64,000 bases of DNA, taken from assembly GCF_011045215.1 (NCBI RefSeq), contig NZ_CP049201.1; one strand, given 5' to 3'. Shown here in pieces: positions 59,072 through 64,000 of the stretch. Origin of the DNA: Escherichia coli (GTDB lineage Bacteria > Pseudomonadota > Gammaproteobacteria > Enterobacterales > Enterobacteriaceae). Position 1 is the first letter of the stretch. Each line of letters starts with the position of its first letter. The notes beneath the pieces were generated by a model. The model worked only from the letters and a program-made list of their open reading frames with translations. It did not search any database and was not told the origin of the DNA. A program made the position numbers and the translations under genes.

Positions 59072-59953
59072 ATGAAAGGTATTATCCTGGCGGGCGGTTC
59101 CGGCACCCGATTGCATCCGATTACGCGCGGCGTATCGAAGCAACTGTTGCCGATTTACGATAAGCCAATGATTTACTATCCGCTGTCGGTGCTGATGCTG
59201 GCCGGTATCCGCGAAATTCTCATCATCACTACGCCGGAAGATAAAGGTTATTTCCAGCGCCTGCTGGGCGATGGTAGTGAGTTCGGTATCCAGCTGGAAT
59301 ATTCCGAACAGCCCAGTCCGGACGGTCTGGCGCAGGCCTTTATCATCGGTGAAACCTTCCTTAATGGTGAACCTTCTTGTCTGGTGCTGGGCGATAACAT
59401 CTTCTTCGGTCAGGGCTTCAGTCCGAAGCTGCGTCATGTTGCGGCGCGCACGGAAGGGGCGACGGTTTTTGGCTATCAGGTGATGGACCCGGAACGCTTT
59501 GGCGTGGTGGAGTTTGACGACAATTTCCGCGCTATCTCGCTGGAAGAAAAACCAAAACAGCCGAAATCAAACTGGGCGGTGACCGGGCTTTATTTCTACG
59601 ACAGTAAAGTCGTGGAGTACGCAAAGCAGGTGAAGCCGTCGGAGCGTGGTGAACTGGAGATTACCTCCATCAACCAGATGTACCTCGAGGCGGGCAACCT
59701 GACCGTTGAACTGCTCGGGCGCGGATTTGCCTGGCTGGACACTGGCACTCACGACAGCCTGATTGAAGCCAGTACCTTTGTGCAGACAGTAGAAAAACGC
59801 CAGGGCTTTAAGATTGCCTGCCTGGAAGAGATCGCCTGGCGTAACGGCTGGCTCGATGACGAGGGTGTGAAGCGTGCTGCCAGTTCATTAGCGAAAACTG
59901 GCTACGGCCAATATCTGCTGGAGTTACTTCGTGCCCGTCCGCGCCAGTATTGA
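59072..59953 (+). CDS. rffH: glucose-1-phosphate thymidylyltransferase
   Basis: 293-aa [49 protein letters not shown]... Confidence 0.95.
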
Positions 59954-60605
59954 GCCACTAACCTGGGAAAACGCCTTCTTTGGTGTTAACAGCGCCATCG
60001 TGCGCATTACGTCTGAAGCACCGCTCCTGACGCCAGACGCGTTAGCGCCGTGGTCACGGGTGCAGGCCAAAATTGCGGCATCAAATACGGGTGAACTGGA
60101 TGCCCTGCAACAGCTGGGATTCTCCCTGGTAGAAGGTGAAGTTGATTTGGCGCTACCCGTGAACAATGCCAGTGATAGCGGTGCTGTAGTGGCACAAGAG
60201 ACCGATATTCCCGCATTACGTCAGTTAGCCAGCGCCGCATTTGCGCAAAGCCGTTTTCGTGCGCCGTGGTATGCGCCTGACGCCAGCAGTCGCTTTTATG
60301 CACAGTGGATTGAAAATGCCGTGCGCGGCACCTTTGATCATCAATGTCTGATTTTACGTGCGGCGTCCGGCGATATTCGCGGCTATGTCTCTTTACGGGA
60401 ACTCAATGCGACAGATGCGCGAATTGGCCTGCTGGCTGGACGCGGTGCAGGTGCTGAGCTGATGCAAACGGCGCTAAACTGGGCGTATGCTCGCGGTAAA
60501 ACAACTTTGCGGGTGGCGACCCAAATGGGCAACACCGCCGCGCTTAAACGATACATACAAAGTGGTGCGAATGTAGAAAGCACCGCGTACTGGTTATACA
60601 GGTGA
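59931..60605 (+). CDS. wecD: dTDP-fucosamine acetyltransferase
   Basis: 224-aa ORF with GTG start in ECA cluster position. Confidence 0.85.
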
Positions 60606-60609
60606 TCAC

Positions 60610-61740
60610 ATGATTCCATTTAACGCACCGCCGGTGGTGGGAACCGAACTCGACTATATGCAGTCGGCAATGGGTAGCGGCAAACTGTGTGGCGATGGCG
60701 GTTTTACCCGTCGCTGCCAGCAGTGGCTGGAGCAACGTTTTGGCAGCGCCAAAGTGTTACTGACGCCGTCCTGCACCGCTTCGCTGGAGATGGCGGCGCT
60801 GCTGCTCGATATCCAGCCTGGCGATGAAGTGATCATGCCGAGCTACACCTTTGTCTCCACCGCCAATGCCTTTGTGCTGCGTGGCGCGAAAATCGTCTTT
60901 GTGGATGTTCGCCCGGACACCATGAATATCGACGAAACGCTGATTGAAGCGGCGATCACCGACAAAACGCGCGTTATCGTGCCTGTGCATTACGCGGGCG
61001 TGGCCTGCGAAATGGACACCATTATGGCGTTGGCGAAAAAGCATAATCTGTTTGTGGTGGAAGATGCCGCTCAGGGCGTGATGTCCACTTACAAAGGGCG
61101 TGCACTGGGAACCATTGGTCATATTGGCTGCTTTAGCTTCCATGAAACCAAAAACTACACGGCGGGCGGTGAAGGCGGCGCGACGCTGATTAACGATAAA
61201 GCGTTAATCGAACGAGCCGAGATCATCCGTGAAAAGGGCACTAACCGCAGCCAGTTCTTCCGTGGTCAGGTCGATAAATATACCTGGCGCGATATTGGCT
61301 CCAGCTATTTGATGTCCGATCTGCAAGCTGCGTACCTGTGGGCGCAACTGGAAGCAGCGGATCGTATCAACCAGCAACGTCTGGCGCTGTGGCAAAACTA
61401 CTACGATGCGTTAGCGCCTCTGGCGAAAGCCGGGCGTATCGAGCTGCCGTCGATTCCCGATGGCTGCGTGCAGAACGCGCATATGTTCTACATTAAACTG
61501 CGGGATATTGATGACCGGAGCGCGTTGATTAACTTTCTGAAAGAAGCGGAAATCATGGCGGTGTTCCATTACATTCCGCTGCACGGTTGCCCTGCGGGGG
61601 AACGCTTTGGTGAGTTCCACGGTGAAGATCGCTACACCACCAAAGAGAGCGAGCGCCTGCTGCGCCTGCCGCTGTTCTACAACCTGTCGCCCGTCAATCA
61701 GCGTACGGTAATTGCGACTTTGTTGAACTACTTTTCCTGA
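60610..61740 (+). CDS. wecE: dTDP-4-amino-4,6-dideoxygalactose transaminase
   Basis: 376-aa DegT/aminotransferase-like ORF MIPFNAPPVVGTELDYMQSAMGSGKLCGDGGFT... Confidence 0.95.
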   Translation: MIPFNAPPVVGTELDYMQSAMGSGKLCGDGGFTRRCQQWLEQRFGSAKVLLTPSCTASLEMAALLLDIQPGDEVIMPSYTFVSTANAFVLRGAKIVFVDVRPDTMNIDETLIEAAITDKTRVIVPVHYAGVACEMDTIMALAKKHNLFVVEDAAQGVMSTYKGRALGTIGHIGCFSFHETKNYTAGGEGGATLINDKALIERAEIIREKGTNRSQFFRGQVDKYTWRDIGSSYLMSDLQAAYLWAQLEAADRINQQRLALWQNYYDALAPLAKAGRIELPSIPDGCVQNAHMFYIKLRDIDDRSALINFLKEAEIMAVFHYIPLHGCPAGERFGEFHGEDRYTTKESERLLRLPLFYNLSPVNQRTVIATLLNYFS

Positions 61741-61741
61741 T

Positions 61742-62992
61742 ATGTCGTTGGCAAAAGCGTCCTTGTGGACGGCGGCCAGTACACTGGTCAAGATTGGTGC
61801 CGGGTTACTGGTCGGTAAGTTGCTGGCGGTGTCATTTGGTCCTGCGGGGCTTGGGCTGGCGGCAAATTTCCGCCAGTTGATTACCGTGCTCGGCGTGCTT
61901 GCCGGGGCTGGCATCTTTAACGGTGTAACCAAATACGTTGCCCAGTACCATGATAATCCCCAACAGCTGCGCCGCGTGGTCGGCACTTCATCAGCGATGG
62001 TACTTGGCTTCTCTACGCTGATGGCGCTGGTTTTTGTGCTGGCAGCTGCGCCAATCAGCCAGGGATTGTTTGGTAATACCGACTATCAGGGGCTGGTGCG
62101 TTTAGTGGCGCTGGTGCAAATGGGGATCGCCTGGGGCAACCTGTTACTGGCGCTGATGAAAGGCTTTCGCGATGCCGCAGGTAATGCGTTATCGCTGATT
62201 GTCGGCAGCTTGATTGGCGTTCTCGCGTACTACGTCAGTTACCGTTTGGGCGGTTATGAAGGGGCGTTGCTGGGTCTGGCGCTGATTCCCGCGCTGGTGG
62301 TCATTCCTGCCGCCATCATGTTGATCAAACGTGGTGTCATCCCGTTAAGCTATCTGAAACCCAGCTGGGATAACGGTCTGGCAGGGCAGTTGAGCAAATT
62401 TACGCTCATGGCGTTGATTACGTCGGTGACTTTGCCTGTTGCTTACATCATGATGCGCAAACTGCTGGCAGCGCAGTATAGCTGGGATGAGGTGGGGATC
62501 TGGCAAGGGGTGAGCAGTATTTCCGATGCCTACCTGCAATTTATTACGGCATCGTTCAGCGTATATTTGCTGCCCACGTTGTCGCGGCTAACGGAAAAGC
62601 GCGATATCACCCGGGAAGTGGTTAAATCGCTGAAATTCGTCTTACCGGCAGTGGCGGCGGCGAGTTTTACCGTCTGGTTGCTGCGTGATTTTGCTATCTG
62701 GCTGCTGTTGTCGAATAAATTTACCGCTATGCGCGATCTCTTTGCCTGGCAGTTAGTGGGTGATGTGTTAAAAGTGGGCGCTTATGTCTTTGGTTATCTG
62801 GTGATCGCCAAAGCGTCACTGCGGTTTTATATTCTGGCGGAAGTCAGCCAGTTCACTTTATTGATGGTATTTGCCCACTGGCTAATCCCTGCGCATGGTG
62901 CACTGGGCGCGGCGCAGGCATATATGGCAACTTATATCGTCTATTTTTCTCTTTGTTGTGGCGTGTTTTTACTCTGGCGTAGGCGGGCATGA
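61742..62992 (+). CDS. wzxE: ECA lipid III flippase
   Basis: 416-aa polytopic membrane [46 protein letters not shown]... Confidence 0.93.
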   Translation: MSLAKASLWTAASTLVKIGAGLLVGKLLAVSFGPAGLGLAANFRQLITVLGVLAGAGIFNGVTKYVAQYHDNPQQLRRVVGTSSAMVLGFSTLMALVFVLAAAPISQGLFGNTDYQGLVRLVALVQMGIAWGNLLLALMKGFRDAAGNALSLIVGSLIGVLAYYVSYRLGGYEGALLGLALIPALVVIPAAIMLIKRGVIPLSYLKPSWDNGLAGQLSKFTLMALITSVTLPVAYIMMRKLLAAQYSWDEVGIWQGVSSISDAYLQFITASFSVYLLPTLSRLTEKRDITREVVKSLKFVLPAVAAASFTVWLLRDFAIWLLLSNKFTAMRDLFAWQLVGDVLKVGAYVFGYLVIAKASLRFYILAEVSQFTLLMVFAHWLIPAHGALGAAQAYMATYIVYFSLCCGVFLLWRRRA

Positions 62993-64000
62993 CTGTACTG
63001 ATTCACGTACTGGGATCGGATATCCCTCACCATAACCGAACCGTTTTGCGGTTTTTCAATGACGCACTGGCCGCGACGAGCGAGCACGCGCGCGAGTTTA
63101 TGGTTGTTGGCAAGGACGACGGCTTAAGTGATAGCTGTCCGGCGCTTTCTGTGCAATTTTTCCCTGGGAAAAAATCGCTGGCGGAAGCGGTCATCGCGAA
63201 AGCAAAAGCTAACCGTCAGCAGCGTTTTTTCTTCCACGGTCAGTTCAATCCCACACTGTGGCTGGCTCTGCTGAGTGGTGGCATTAAGCCCAGCCAGTTT
63301 TTCTGGCATATCTGGGGGGCAGACCTGTATGAGCTTTCCAGTGGCTTGAGATATAAGCTTTTTTACCCGCTACGTCGCCTGGCGCAAAAGCGAGTCGGCT
63401 GTGTATTTGCCACCCGCGGCGATTTGAGCTTTTTTGCCAAAACGCATCCAAAGGTGCGGGGCGAACTGCTGTACTTCCCGACGCGGATGGACCCTTCTCT
63501 CAATACGATGGCGAACGATCGGCAACGTGAAGGGAAAATGACCATTCTGGTGGGGAACTCCGGTGACCGCAGCAATGACCATATTGCTGCCTTGTGCGCC
63601 GTTCATCAGCAATTTGGCGACACGGTAAAAGTGGTGGTGCCGATGGGATATCCGCCTAATAACGAAGCGTACATTGAGGAAGTTCGTCAGGCGGGGCTGG
63701 AGTTATTCAGCGAAGAAAATCTGCAAGTTCTGAGCGAAAAACTGGAATTTGACGCCTATCTGGCGCTACTTCGTCAGTGCGCTCTCGGTTACTTTATTTT
63801 TGCCCGCCAGCAGGGCATTGGTACGCTGTGCTTACTGATTCAGGCGGGCATTCCTTGTGTGCTTAACCGGGAAAATCCGTTCTGGCAGGATATGACGGAA
63901 CAGCATTTGCCGGTGCTGTTTACTACCGACGATCTCAACGAGGATATTGTGCGTGAAGCGCAGCGCCAGTTGGCGTCGGTGGATAAAAACACCATTGCCT
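62989..64000 (+). CDS. wecF: TDP-Fuc4NAc:lipid II transferase, 3-prime end beyond window
   Basis: ATG 62989 ([33 protein letters not shown]...), open to the window end; absent from ORF track because no stop is in window. Confidence 0.85.
   Translation, partial: MTVLIHVLGSDIPHHNRTVLRFFNDALAATSEHAREFMVVGKDDGLSDSCPALSVQFFPGKKSLAEAVIAKAKANRQQRFFFHGQFNPTLWLALLSGGIKPSQFFWHIWGADLYELSSGLRYKLFYPLRRLAQKRVGCVFATRGDLSFFAKTHPKVRGELLYFPTRMDPSLNTMANDRQREGKMTILVGNSGDRSNDHIAALCAVHQQFGDTVKVVVPMGYPPNNEAYIEEVRQAGLELFSEENLQVLSEKLEFDAYLALLRQCALGYFIFARQQGIGTLCLLIQAGIPCVLNRENPFWQDMTEQHLPVLFTTDDLNEDIVREAQRQLASVDKNTIA

Overview
This window is an E. coli-type chromosomal segment in which a roughly 12.4-kb integrative element, most consistent with a PICI-like phage satellite, has inserted inside comM. 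Conserved backbone, in order: asnC (partial), asnA, viaA, ravA, kup, rbsDACBKR, hsrA, yieP, an rrnC-type rRNA operon (16S, tRNA-Glu, 23S, 5S, tRNA-Asp, tRNA-Trp), hdfR, yifE, comM (disrupted), ilvLGMEDA, ilvY, ilvC, ppiC, yifN, rep, gppA, rhlB, trxA, rhoL, rho, and the ECA cluster wecA to wecF (wecF runs off the window end). ilvG is full length, so the background is not K-12. The island spans about 22947..35369 and is bounded by an exact 10-bp direct repeat (ATCCGCTATT). It splits comM into an N-terminal stub (35352..35531) and a C-terminal fragment (21598..22956). It carries a P4-type tyrosine integrase, an AlpA-like regulator, an antirepressor-like gene, a divergent regulator with repeated operators, a translationally coupled replication operon ending in a P-loop helicase/primase-like initiator, and an iteron origin directly 3-prime of that gene. 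Cargo includes a ProQ/FinO-domain protein, a PerC-like small protein, a four-gene module of unknown function, and a non-coding left arm packed with distinct repeat arrays. No capsid genes are recognisable. All product calls are from reading the translations by eye; no database search was run.
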